Shown here piece by piece: positions 1 through 12,465 of a stretch of DNA of 64,000 nucleotides. Numbering within the stretch: position 1 is the first letter of the stretch; every line of letters begins with the position of its first letter. The notes beneath the pieces are model-generated. The model searched no databases. It was given only the letters and a program-made list of their open reading frames with translations, and was not told where the DNA came from. Source of the stretch: Gekko japonicus (taxonomy: Eukaryota); assembly GCF_001447785.1 (NCBI RefSeq), contig NW_015174867.1, positions 619,641 to 683,640 of the forward strand, given 5' to 3'. The position numbers and the translations under genes were made by a program.

Positions 1-61
1 AGAACCCAGTAGAAATATGTGCAAAACCTGACAAGCTTGAAATTCTAGCAAAAGAGTATTG

Positions 62-422
62 GGTCCCATTCATACTAGCCGAGAAACGTGGGGGGGGGGA
101 GGTGTGGCTGTTTGTGGCGGCACAGTGTGTCCTGCTGCAAACACAATTAGATGCGATAGCAGTTTCCTTCATTGGTGCACATTCCCGGCGTGCTCCAACG
201 ACGCAAGAGGAGCGCGCTGGAGCGATCACACAAGGAGAGTCTGGCAGCGGCCTGTCACAAGCCGTTTGCTAGTGGACTTTCGGAAGTAGCTTTTTACTCT
301 GCATCTTCGGCTGGCTGCGACGGGTGCACTACGCTGGCCAGATGTTGCTATGTGATCACGCCTTTATAATCTGCCTGGCATTCGTGCCGCTTCCGCGGCA
401 ACTTCTGCGTCTGATCGGAGCC
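62..422. mobile_element. GC/CpG-rich MITE (PIF/Harbinger-like) inserted in the CEP57L1 retrocopy
   Basis: Splits the CEP57L1 reading frame between ..AKEY and NGTQK..; imperfect inverted termini ggtcccattcatac / gtctgatcggagcc. Confidence 0.5.
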
Positions 423-830
423 GAGGAGACTTAATGGCACTCAGAAAGCTGCAAAAGAAAAGATCAAACATCTAGGGGCAAAGCTTCAGGAAGAACAACA
501 CCTTTGTAAGCTAATGCAAGACAAGGCAGCCCAGTTCCAAACAGGACTTGAGATGAACAGAATTTTAATGACCTCTCCTTCACCTCAAAAAGAAGCAAAA
601 AAGAGAAGTCGGAAGAAGAAAACAGTGAAGAAAAACTCTAGTTTGAGGAAAGAATGCAGCTCACAACCGTACCTACCAGCTGGAGCGTTACTTTTTGTTA
701 CTGGCAAGTCTGCCAGCTCAAGTCATTCTGTTGCAGATGTTCAAAGTGTCTTGCATATGACGAAAAGTTGTGGTCCACATTTAATATCACGAAGTCCAGA
801 AGGAGCTGAAAAGAGGCTATCTAGATGGAC

Positions 831-890
831 TTTTTATTTATTTATTAGATTTATATCCCATCCTCCCCACCAGGGCAGGCTTAGGGTGGC
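831..890 (-). mobile_element. L2/SINE 3'-tail fragment inserted in the retrocopy
   Basis: ttttatttatttattagatttatatcccatcctcccc..gcttagggtggct is the reverse of the agccgccctgagcc..gggcgggatataaat(aaat)n tail seen elsewhere in the window. Confidence 0.6.
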
Positions 891-1290
891 TGATATGTGT
901 AGATTGGATCTTTTTGTTCTACATCTTCTTCTGCTACTGACAGTCTTTGTGACCTTCTCTTTGTCATGCAAGATGAGCTGGGACAAATGAGCTTTGAACA
1001 TCAGGAACTGCTGAAGCAGATGCAAGAAACTAAAAACCATGAAGTTCAGGAAGAACTAGAACGTGAACTGTCGTGTCTGGTGAAGCAGATGGAAATTAAA
1101 GGAGAACAGATCACCGAGCTGAAAAGGCATCGGGACAGTGTTTATAAACTGAAGCAAAAGGCCTGATGACTTTAAAGTAACTAAGGAGGCCACAGTCCCT
1201 CCAAGAGTCAGTATGTATGGCACTTGCTCTGTGAATAAGAGTACAAATTCCATTCAGCTGCTAAAAAGTGCTCAGAAAATTCAGTCAGTG

Positions 1291-1429
1291 GGCACTTTCA
1301 CTAATGCTAATTCAATCCACTTCAGTGACTATTTGTAAATGGATTTTTCCATTTTACACAGTAAAATCCAGTTGCAAAGTGCATTGAAAGTGGATTGAAA
1401 ATGCATTATTTCGTGTGCGTGAAAGCACC
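1291..1429. mobile_element. Small palindromic MITE (Harbinger-like) inserted near the CEP57L1 C-terminus
   Basis: Termini ggcactttcac.. / ..gtgaaagcacc with internal inverted symmetry (aatccacttcagtg / cattgaaagtggatt); CEP57L1 codons resume immediately after it. Confidence 0.55.
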
Positions 1430-1648
1430 CAGTGTTGAAGAAAGATGACATCCTATGGGAACCATAGCTCTCAAAACTAGTTTCATAGATCACTATCCAT
1501 CAGGAACTGGATTGAACTTTGATGCCTGATAATTGACTTTTCCACACACCCATAAATTCTGAGATTTAGATCTGGAGAAATGAACTTCTATATAAATATA
1601 TTTTTAAATATATATTTGTAATTTGTGTACCCAAGATAAAGCAGGATA

Positions 1649-1690
1649 CATGGATGGATGGATGGATGGATAGATGATAGATAGGTAGAT
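1649..1690. repeat. (ATGG)n/(GATA)n microsatellite
   Basis: Direct reading. Confidence 0.9.
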
Positions 1691-2011
1691 TGAGTTAGCT
1701 ATCATCATCATTTGATGCCACAGAGTGCTCATCATTATTCTCTACTTACATATCAGAGAGCTGAACTAACTGTACTACCATTAGTCTTTCTCCATTGGCA
1801 TGGTTAATGAGACAACCATGCTTTAATCCTTTTGAAGGAGGACAGGTAAACATAGACTTGAAAGTGCTCTCTTCAAGAGACACCCATTCATACAGGTTTA
1901 GGCACCAAAATGTAAGGCAGTCTTGTTATTTTTTATAATAAATGTCACAAGAAATTCAAAAGCTCAGAATGGTAAACTGCTGTTCTGTCCAATGATAGCA
2001 GTATGACTATG

Positions 2012-2069
<58 letters not shown>

Positions 2070-2074
2070 TACTA
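2012..2074. repeat. (ACT)n microsatellite
   Basis: About 20 tandem units. Confidence 0.95.
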
Positions 2075-2932
2075 TGAACATGAGTCAGTTGATATTCATC
2101 ACCTCAATGCCAGGTACCAGAGGGCACCAGCTGCTTGAATGTGTACATGTAGAAGAAACAGGCAGTGTGGATGCATTCTAGGGAACCCAACTCTTTGCCA
2201 AACCACCCCCCAAATTAGAAAAGGTGAGTATTTTTATGGAGGGGGGGGAATTAATTACCCATTTTGGTTCATTATTAGATTGATGCTATTACATATTTTG
2301 AAATAAAAGAGATGGGGAAAGGGGAAAGCGAGACATGAAATTGTATATAATGAATATAACGGAACCCTGTAAGAGACTACAAGAATGGAGAGGCAAGGCT
2401 GAGGGGATTTATATTTCATGTAATGTAGTACTTCAGAGATTAATAGGAATATAGAAGAAAGATATGGATGGAATTCAAATCAAGTCATCGAAGAGTGGGT
2501 GGGAGGACTGATTCATTGTAAGTGTGTAAAAATAAGCATAAAAATAAGCATGTGTGGGTGCTATTCAAAAGATTGCTGCTTGGAAGACACTAATACTGGG
2601 CTGCAAACCTATATGAACTGTGAATAATGGATGTGGGTGTTAGAAAAACACTCAGGTTGGCCCATTAGCTTGTTGTGTTAAAGAGAGGTCAAGTGAAGCA
2701 ATTATGCGCTGACCATATATGAAAAGGTTGTTTGCCGTAGAGATATATAACAAGTGTAAGATGAAACATAGTGAGCAGATTCCATTAAAACATTACAGTG
2801 GTAAAGCCAAACAAATTAATATATAAGGAGTGGGATATGAAAGATATTAATACTTATAGCAAGTGAGAAATCCAGCATCCTTGGTAAGACCTAGCAAGTG
2901 GAGATAGTATTGATGTTCTGGATGAATATTAA

Positions 2933-3235
<303 letters not shown>

Positions 3236-3752
3236 TAAGTTCTATGACATATGTGCAAATACATGTAGGGTTCAGTAGCATCTCCCTGGTTCTTCACTTT
3301 AGATCCCCAATGCCTTTTGCAGGTGTTTCCACAGGGAGAATAAATTAGAGTTATAACTATTTTAAGTAATGAAACTTGCTGCCTGGATTAACAGCAATGG
3401 TTAAACTCAAACCACAGATATTCAAGAAACTGGGTGGAAAAGCTTAGGCAAGGGTCACTACTTATCTAGTGGCAGAGGGCTGTTTCCCAGCCCCTACTAT
3501 CAGTTCCCCATTGGGATGCCAGGTGGAGCCTGGCAACTGGCAGGAGGGCTGGGCGTGGGGACATTGGAAGCACAACGTCAGCTGCATTTCTGCATCATTT
3601 CCAGGAAAACATATGATAGCTCTAGGAATCATTGGAAACTCTACAGCTACCCTACATCACTTCTGGTTTTCCCTGGAAGTGATAGAGCAATGCAGTCAAC
3701 ATCACCATTTAAACAAATTCTCGCAGCACTGCTCAGAGCAGCAATTTGCAGG

Positions 3753-4339
3753 TAGGGCTACCGGCAGAAGGCCTCTGGCCATAACTGGAAGCTTGGCAGC
3801 CCTTGTCCCCTACCCTTGATAATTTGAGAAATGGGAGAAAAAATAGGGAGAATGGTACTAATAGTGATGCTTGTGGAATTTCCTCTAATCTCTGTGCTAA
3901 AGAACATAGAGACCTGGAAGTGATGTCACATCCATCAACTATCCACCTGGGAGAGACATCACATCCTCCAGGCCACTCTTGGAATTCCCCCCCTCTCTAT
4001 GGTAAAGACGATAGAGCTAGGGGAAATTCCTAGAAATGCCATCACATTCCCCTGAAACTCCACCTTACCCAGGCAGTGGCCCAAAAGTCTCCAGGCGCAT
4101 GCTGATGCAGGGCTGGCAACCAGTGTTCCCTCTAAGCTGAGTTGGTGTGAGCTAGCTCACAGTTTTTTAGCCTCTGGCTCACCCATTTTTGTCTTAGCTC
4201 AGGAGGGATGGCTCCAGAGCAAACTAATTTAGGCAGGAGCCAAATTGCTCGCTCACAACTTTAATGCCAGTAGCCCACAAAGTAGAATTTTTGCTCACAA
4301 AACTTAACAGTTTAGAGGGAACATTGCTGGCAACCCTAC
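3753..4339. mobile_element. Degenerate non-autonomous DNA transposon (tagggttgcc..ggcaacccta family) hosting a younger hAT MITE
   Basis: tagggctacc.. left end and ..ggcaacccta right end; shares motifs with copies at 16998, 44474 and 57587. Confidence 0.5.
4121..4326. mobile_element. hAT-type MITE, copy 1
   Basis: TIRs cagtgttccctctaa / ttagagggaacattg; perfect 8-bp TSD ctggcaac (4113-4120, 4327-4334). Confidence 0.9.
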
Positions 4340-5120
4340 ATAGGCCTCCTGGGGGCCAAGTAGTTTTACTAGTTCTTTGTTTTGGTCTGCCATTGTACCT
4401 GCTCTCTTCTGGTTTTGCTAGCAGCCATTGGGTACAGTTCAAATCTCTGTGAGAACAATAAATTTATGGAAGCAATGTTTATCACCTTTCCCTTTACAAG
4501 AAGCTTAAAAAGCTTCTGCTGAGGGATAGAAGGGAGCGGGATCTCCAGAATAGTATGTCAGAGGAGTGTAGTATAAGCTACCCTGAACTCATTGGGAGAA
4601 GGACAGGATAAAATTAAATGAAAAAGAAAGTGGAATCACCCAGAATTACCACTTACACTCTTGCATGATCACAGCAAACTCTGAGAAGATGCAAAACTCA
4701 TGCAAGAGTGATCAGGGTAGGAGGCCAATACTCTGATCTTTGGCAGCTTCCTGTGCAAAAGTGTAACCCGAATCTCAGCTTCTGGGGGTGTAGGGGGACT
4801 GTCTATGCCTACATGAACTCACATACATACACAGACCTTTATTGGCATATGCATGAACTCAGTCTGTTTTCAGAAGCCTTGGACTGAGACCCTTCATAGA
4901 TGGTGTTTCTTCCTCTATCATTGCTTATCCTATACTGCTCCTTGGTCCTGCTAGCTTTTTTCATCTCCCATGGCTTTCCTCAGTACTGTTTTTCACTCCT
5001 CATCTGACATATATTTTGGGAACTGATGTCCAATTGCCATTCTTGTTTATGGCCAAAATATCATTCTGTTACAAATTATTTAGCAGATGTGAAAAAATGC
5101 TGAATCACATTTTCGATTAA

Positions 5121-5369
<249 letters not shown>

Positions 5370-6684
5370 AATTCTGTGGGGGAAAAGACACACACACACA
5401 CACAAAGCCTACCATAGAGCTTGCTGGTAATTATAATTTCCCTTTTTTCACTTTCAGAGTACCATGAACAAATGGTCAAACTTAACATTTTAAATTGGAT
5501 ATTCTATAAATGTAATCTGGAACATATCAATTCAATTGCTTTAATGAGTTAAATATGTGGGCAAAATTTTTGCTATTTTTAATGAACAAAAACAGAGGTG
5601 CTATTAGCTTTGAAAAAGTCCAAAAAGGGTGCAACCCCCCCCCCAAGCTATTTATTTCAATGGGACTCTTCTATGATAAGTGATTTTTAGTATCGCTACA
5701 AATAATTCCTTTTTTTCTAAATTCTACAGGGATTTTTCTTTTTTTCCTTCCAACAAAAAAATGACAGACCTCAAGTGTTGTCCTTATTTCTGCTATGTGT
5801 CTAAGACTGTTTAGTCAAATAACCATATTCATTCTTCATGTGTATTTCTTTCAGCTCAGGTTGCACATAAACATGCCATCCAAGGGGCTGAGGGTGGATA
5901 TGTTACATATTTGCTGTTTCTTGTTCTTGTTTTGGTTAACGTCTACAATGTTCTTTGTTTGTAGAAGATTCTGTAGAAAACTAGAAGTTTCTATCATCAG
6001 TCGTTTCCTCAGGTCCTACTTTTCAGGCTACGGCCTACATTATCCCCCTCCCTTTAGCTACTCTGTCTCTCAACTAGCCATGCCAGATTCCTCTGTCCTT
6101 CTCTTTATCACATAATCCCTCCACATTTTGTGCTTTGATGAGCCCTTTCTTGTCTCAGTTCCTTTTCATCAAAATTCTCTATCAACTAGTTCTTCAGGTT
6201 TATTTTTGGCTGCATCCACATGGTGAGTATTCTCTGTTTTGTTCTGGCTACCACTGAGAATACAGAGGCATTGACATTGGGAACAGATCTGAAACTCTTG
6301 ATGGTCTCTAAGGCGCTACTGGACTCAAATCTAACTGTTCATCTACAGTCTGAGAAGATCTGCCACAAAAGATTTTTGTTCACACTGTCCTCTCTCGGCT
6401 GCCATTTTCCCTGCAGCTTTCTCCTGCTGTGTCATCAGAGTACTTGAGGGCTTCTATTATTATATTGGTAGTTGCTGTAGCCCACTGTGAAAATGGCACT
6501 GATATGGGTGGGACTTTGGAAAATGTGGACCTTCCTGTGCAGGTGGCATGATAACTGGACTGTGTACTTCCCTCCAAAAATTGCAGCAAAGCTGATTTGG
6601 GAAAAAACATATGAAGGGTGCAGAAGGGATGATTAGAATATGATGTCATGTGAAAAAGAACACAGTGTTTCAGTTTGTCTCACC

Positions 6685-7048
6685 CAGGGGTCATTTCGGG
6701 GGGGATCATGGGGGAATCACAGTCCCCCCAGGTGAGGTACGGGGGGACGGGGCACATGACGAAGCCCCGCCCCCTGCTTCTGGCCACCCCGCTTCCGGCC
6801 CTCATTTAGCCAGGAGGAGGCAGGAGAAGAGGGAGGGTAAGTTGCTTCCTCCCTGCCTCTCCCTACCCCTGCCTGCCTGCCTGGGGCCAGGGAGGGCCTT
6901 CATGGGGCTTCCTTGCACTCCCGCCGGCCTTGCAGGTCCACCGCCGGGCCCCTCATGGGAGCTGCAGTGGAGCTGCAAGGCCGGCGGCGGCAGCTAATGA
7001 GTTATGCTAATGAGTTCCCCTAGCTCTTTTTCTACGAAACGACCCCTG
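6685..7048. mobile_element. GC-rich hAT-type MITE
   Basis: TIRs caggggtcatttcg / cgaaacgacccctg; 8-bp TSD gtctcacc/gtctcgcc (1 mismatch). Confidence 0.85.
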
Positions 7049-7299
7049 GTCTCGCCCAACTCGCCTCAGTACTACAGCAACCCATCCTCTTGGCTTTTGT
7101 ACACTCTTAGCATAACCTTTCTGGATGGTCAAAGAGGATGCTTCCTTCCTGTTTCATCAGCAGAAAATCCAGTTGGGTCGAACACTTAAAAGGGATTTGA
7201 AGGTCACGTTTGCCAGTAGATAGAATGTTTTCTTGAACTTTGTTCCAGTTTTATCATTTTCTAATTTGTGTGTAAAGTTCTGGACTCACAGAAAGCTGA

Positions 7300-7460
7300 G
7301 AGCCATATACCATGTGCTAGGAGGCAGCATCAGGGGAAGATTTCGGCCTCTACATCCTATTGTTTGGCCCCTGAGAGCAGCTGTTTGGCTGCTGTGTGAA
7401 ACATGATGCTGGACTAGATGGACCACAGGTCTGATCCAGTGGGGCTCTTTTTATATCCCT
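7300..7460 (+). mobile_element. CR1 3'-UTR fragment
   Basis: ..gatgctggactagatggacc..ggtctgatccagtggggctctt.. resembles the CR1 tail at 22900-22985. Confidence 0.55.
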
Positions 7461-8726
7461 ATACCGAGAAATAGTGCCGAGGGTTCCTTGGAAAGACAGA
7501 ATGGATATTGAACAGGTTTGTGGTGTAGGTCTGCTCTTCTAGGCTCCAGTTCAGCATCCCCTGGGCATATGGATTTTCGCCGTGAATGCTTGTGATTTCA
7601 GAGATTTTAATGATTCAGCTGTGATTCATATACCAAAAAGGGAGTTATCTTCAGGAATGTCAAGCACAAAAAAATGCTGCCTCCAAAACTTTTAATGCTG
7701 CTTCTCAAAGTGGTTGTTTTTCCTTTGTCTTGTTTGCCTTTGGAATGTCTGAGACTGTCCTGAATTCCTGTTTTATTAATCATTCACAACCAGGAGGGTT
7801 GAATCAAATGGGACTACTGAATAACTAAATAGGAAAGATGGCTTGTTTGTTTATGAAAAAGGATTGGTCCCTTTCTTATCAACAAATCCAGTTCTGTGTG
7901 CTTCAAGTGCCCTTCTCCCCTGCTGTGGCTTGTGTAAAAACAGGCATTCTCCAGGGCCATTTATGTGCTGTTAATTATTTCCTCAGACCTCAACGTCTGG
8001 GGCAAGGGTGACAGCAAAATTAATTTCCTTGATTTTAAAGCCCCAGGTTTACAGCAGCAGGGACTCTTATTCCATTCTGGAAAACAGGACAAAGTGAATT
8101 AGAAGCTGTTCCCCATGGTAGTCTTCCAGGCAAAGAAGGAGCTGTTTACCCTTGTTTCATTCACATCTTTTGTAAACATCTGTACTGGGCTATTTTCCAT
8201 TTATGGGCATAAGGGACCAGAAATATTTTCACGTTCCAGACTAGTCCAAAGGGAGTAGAGGAATCCAAGAGTTATGAGTGGGAGAAATGACTGTGTGTTA
8301 AAATTCTTGGGTGAAATGCCGACCTTTTAACAACCCTGAATGTTTTTGTATCAGTAGAAAACATGATACTGGCTTGTTCTCACACAAAGCAGGATACTTT
8401 TCCCAGCTCTGTTCAATAGGTCATTGCAATAGATCACAGTAACAAAATTGTGTATATTTTCTTTACATTAAGGAGAAATGCCCTAATTGAGAACCTAAGC
8501 CATGCACAAATGGAGCTTCTCTCTGTGCCATCTTCCTCATTCATTTCGATAGAGATTAGCAGTGGCATCGTTTTGCATACATTCTTCATACAAGTTAATG
8601 GGAAAGCCCTTGTGTGCTCTGGAGGTATTTGAGTACATCCTCCTTGTCCCCCAAAGGACCACCTAGTTGGGCTGATAGAATGCTGTCCTTTTCGTGCCCT
8701 GATGGAGTTGTGAGCAGATGGAGACC

Positions 8727-9204
8727 AATAAAATTCAACCTGGCATTAATAAAGCCTGAAAATTCCAAGAAGTTTCCTTGTGGTCAATGGTACATGCAAA
8801 ATCTGTTGTGTAAAACCAAATATTGTGTTAGTCCATAAATACAACTAAATACAATTGAAGCTGCCATTCAAATATTAAACTAAAATCTGTTGATGATATG
8901 AAACTCCAGAAATGAGAATAAGGGTGTAAGAAATGTTCTATTGAATTTAAAAAGTGGAAGTTAAAAAAGTTTGTCTTCTAAATATTAACAAGATGCATTA
9001 GAACACTAATGAGAAGAGAGGTGGATGGTGCAGTTGTGACATCACAGTTTGTTGTTACATTTGTGGTTCAATTTTGTATATTTGTGCAGCATTAACATAT
9101 TGCACATACATTGCTTGTTACTGGTAAATATATTTTAGTTTTTATAATGATTAACTTTTTCAACTGTTCTCTGTGTTGCTGTGCTCTGTAAAATAAACAA
9201 TAAA
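8727..9204 (+). promoter_or_regulatory. GASK1B: Candidate GASK1B polyadenylation signals (AATAAA at 8727, 8748, 9192, 9199)
   Basis: First canonical AATAAA motifs I find after the stop codon; U-rich, TE-free context typical of a distal 3' UTR. Confidence 0.45.
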
Positions 9205-12200
9205 AGCAGTTATCTTCCACATTTTGAGCTGAAGACCGTACAATATAAACCTTGCTTTGAAAACATTGGGTTAACTCTATTGCAAAGTGCAGAGAGTTTT
9301 GAAAACATCTTATAATTTTGATTGCTATTCTCTTAAAACACATACACAAAACCCACGACAGATTATGTAACTTTGCTGGAACCTTTGTTAGCTGTTTACT
9401 CATAAGACTTCAAGCTGTTGCCAAGTTGCTTGCCTTTAAAACATCCTCTGAATATGTGTTTGATATTCAAATCATATGTTAGTCCTTTCTTGCTATTCCA
9501 ATTTAGTATGCATTATGTACTTGAAGAGGAAAAGAAGCACATTCGTTTCACAGAGAGCTGGTTGATGTGGGCATCATTATATGTTTAAATCTCCCCCCAA
9601 AGTAAAAAAGCTCCCCGCACATAAAAAGCTTGCCTGTCTGAGAGAAGGGAAGAAAAGCTCTCTCCTCTCTCTCGCTGACATGCTGTTTTTCATTGGCAAT
9701 GATTTTTTAAAATGTGGGACAGCATTAAAAACAATCTTCCACCATTTGAAGTGACTTAGTCCAGGAACAGCAGTAGGGCATGATATGTCTGAACATACAG
9801 ACTGAACGTGAGATATCATTTACTTGTTAGATTGACGTACAAAGTCTGATGTGGATGAAATACTACAATGGACTCTTTTTTTGCCTCCATCTAATTTTGG
9901 AACTCCTGTCCTGGGCTTAGGTTACTTACGATGCCATCCTAAGCAGAGTTACACCCATTGACGTCAATAGATTTAAAGGGGTATCATTCTGCTTAGGACA
10001 GTACCGTTACTCAAATCCACTTTTCTTCTTGCTCCAGTGGGCCTCTATTCCCATTGCTGAAGCTGCCGTCTAATAGAATACTTCACTTATCCCCTGTCCT
10101 CCACACTTTTCAGTGACCTTTGGTTCCAGGTCCTCCATTTATATAGGACATTGCTAGCATCTTCATATGGTCAACCCTCCAGCCTGCAACCCATTGTCTG
10201 CCCTCTTCTTTCCTAGATCACACCAGTCACTTCATTCTACTTTCACTTGTTTTTCCTTCTGCCTGCATGAAGGTGGTCTTGAGAAAGGAAAGGGAATCTG
10301 TTGGTGCTGTCTGCAATATCACATCCTATTCACAAAGGACTCACCTGCTGAGTAGAGGTGGCCTTGCTGACATTTCTCCTTTTACAATCACATCTCAATC
10401 AAAACTTCCTTCAAGGAGATTTGGAAAGCATATGTAGGGTAACACCATTTTATCCTCACTACAACTGTATGCTTGTACACATTTTATTATTTAAGATATG
10501 TCTGCCCCACCTTCTCCTCAACAAGGGGCCCATGGGGGCTTACAACAAATGTGCACAAAAAGGAACACACGTTTTAAAAATGTCAACAGTTTAAAACATT
10601 ATAAACCATCAACTCAGTTATCTAGACCTGAGTTATCCAGTTTTGTTGACCCAGGGAATTTTGGAAATGGGGAGTGGGAACCGCCACAAAATTGTGGTCA
10701 TGGGGGCAATCACATAGTGGCTACCATGGGGTGCTGGGCTAATAATGAATTGTAAGGAAATTCCAACCAAAGTGCTCCACTTATGGTAGTGGCAGCTGTT
10801 TCTGAATGGATGCAGCTCTTGGGATGCAAAGTAATGCTTTCTTGATTTTTCTGAATCACTTGCTGCTCCAGCAAAGATGGAGGAAGACCAGAAGTAGCTC
10901 TTTGCTCTGGAGGAGAGTTGCTTTCTTAATTAAGCAAATAGGTGCCAGGACAACTACTGGTGGCCCCATGATGCCTGTAGGAGCTACGCTGGAGATTGCT
11001 GACCTAGACTGTAACTGCTTGCCAAAAAGTCAGTCCTCAATCAATAATCAATCCCTCAGATAAATGCCCATCACATCAATCACCAAAATTCCTCTGGAAC
11101 AATACTGTCATATAATGGCATCTAAAGATCACTAAAGAAGGTGCCTGTCTCACCTCTTCTGGGAAACCATTCCTGAGGAACTGAGCTACAAATGAGAAGG
11201 TTAGGATCTAAAGCAACACTGGCCTCAGCATCCAGGTGGATACAATGTTGAGAATTGGTTCTGGGTGGAGCTAGGCAAACATTCAGGCTCATACCAAGAG
11301 AGACAGTCCTTCAGCTAAGAGGAATCTGGGCTGCAAAGAACTGAATAGTGAGAACTGAACCCAGAGAGATGCAGTCAATGAAGCTGTTTCATTATAGGTG
11401 TTAGGTGCTCATAGCATTATGTGCCAGCCAAAAGACAGGCTGCCACATTCTGTACAAACTAAAGTTTCTAAGATGTCTTCAAGGGGTGTCCATGATGCAT
11501 GTATACAGTATCTATGAGACTGAGTAACGATGTCTTGCTTAAAACCACCTGGTGAACCTCATGGCTGACTGAGGATTTCAGTCCAGTCCAACACACCACA
11601 TGAGTTCAAGCTTCATTAGGGCTTTGCACATCCCTGCACAGCAGGCCCACCACTAGGCTAAATTGAGAATGTTTTTCCCAACGGAAAAACAAACATCTGC
11701 TGCTTGTAAGCAGCTGTGAAACTAAAGAGGCAAAGTAGCCCAAGTAATTTAAAACTTCAGTCTCTAGAGCCTGTTCTTTTTACAAGCCAGGAACACTACA
11801 CGAAGAACAATAGTCTTAAATCAGTGAACCAATTTCCCCTGTTCTCCAACAAAAATCAAACCTGTTGTGGAAGCAGATCCTGACGGGCTTGCAACAATTC
11901 CCTTTGTTTGGGGTCAAAAGCTTTTTTGAGAGCTAGTGATGTGTTAGGGGTATCTCTGTATGGTCTCGTTATACAACTTCTGTCATGGCTCATTGATTAC
12001 ATAAGGTGACTGTCAACCCCATTGTAGCTGTTTATGGATACCCGTATGGCCAAGGACAAGATTCAGCATGTGTAGGCATTTTTCTCATCACTTGCCAACA
12101 TAGCAAAACTCTATGTCTTGCAATGGGTACACATGACTGACTCCAATAGGGGAAGAGTGATCAGACTCCACATGTGGATGGGTTAGAAAAATGGGTATAC

Positions 12201-12269
12201 TTCACCAGAGGTTCAGGAGTTCAGTGGCCCTGACATGGGCAGTGGGCCTATTATTATCATTTGTGTGTG

Positions 12270-12465
12270 TGTGTTAAATGACATAGCTTCTGACTTACGG
12301 CAACCCTGTGAATTGATGTCCTTCAAAACTTCTTATTGCTCAGGTCCTGCAGACTCAGGGCTGTGGGTTCCTTTATAGAGTCAATCCATCTCATTTTGAG
12401 TTTTCCTCTTTTCCTGCTTCCTTCAACTTTTTCTATCGTTATTGTATTTTCCATTGACTCTTGTC
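12270..12465 (-). mobile_element. Degenerate Bov-B/RTE 3' end
   Basis: tcaatccatctcattttgagttttcctcttttcctgcttccttcaactttt is the reverse of GKVEGSRKRGK..MRWID. Confidence 0.6.

Larger units (their letters stand above)
1..1467 (+). pseudogene. CEP57L1: Processed (intronless) CEP57L1 retrocopy inside a GASK1B intron; continues off the left edge of the window
   Basis: Collinear peptides DKLEILAKEY (30-59), NGTQKAAKEKIKHLGAKLQEEQHLCKLMQDKAAQFQTGLEMNRILM (433-570), MQDELGQMSFEHQELLKQMQETK..ELSCLVKQMEIKGEQITELKRHRDSV (967-1140) and C-terminal LKKDDILWEP* (~1435-1467) match CEP57/CEP57L1 coiled-coil and microtubule-binding motifs. No introns, a premature TGA at 1164-1166, and three TE interruptions. 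Confidence 0.85.
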
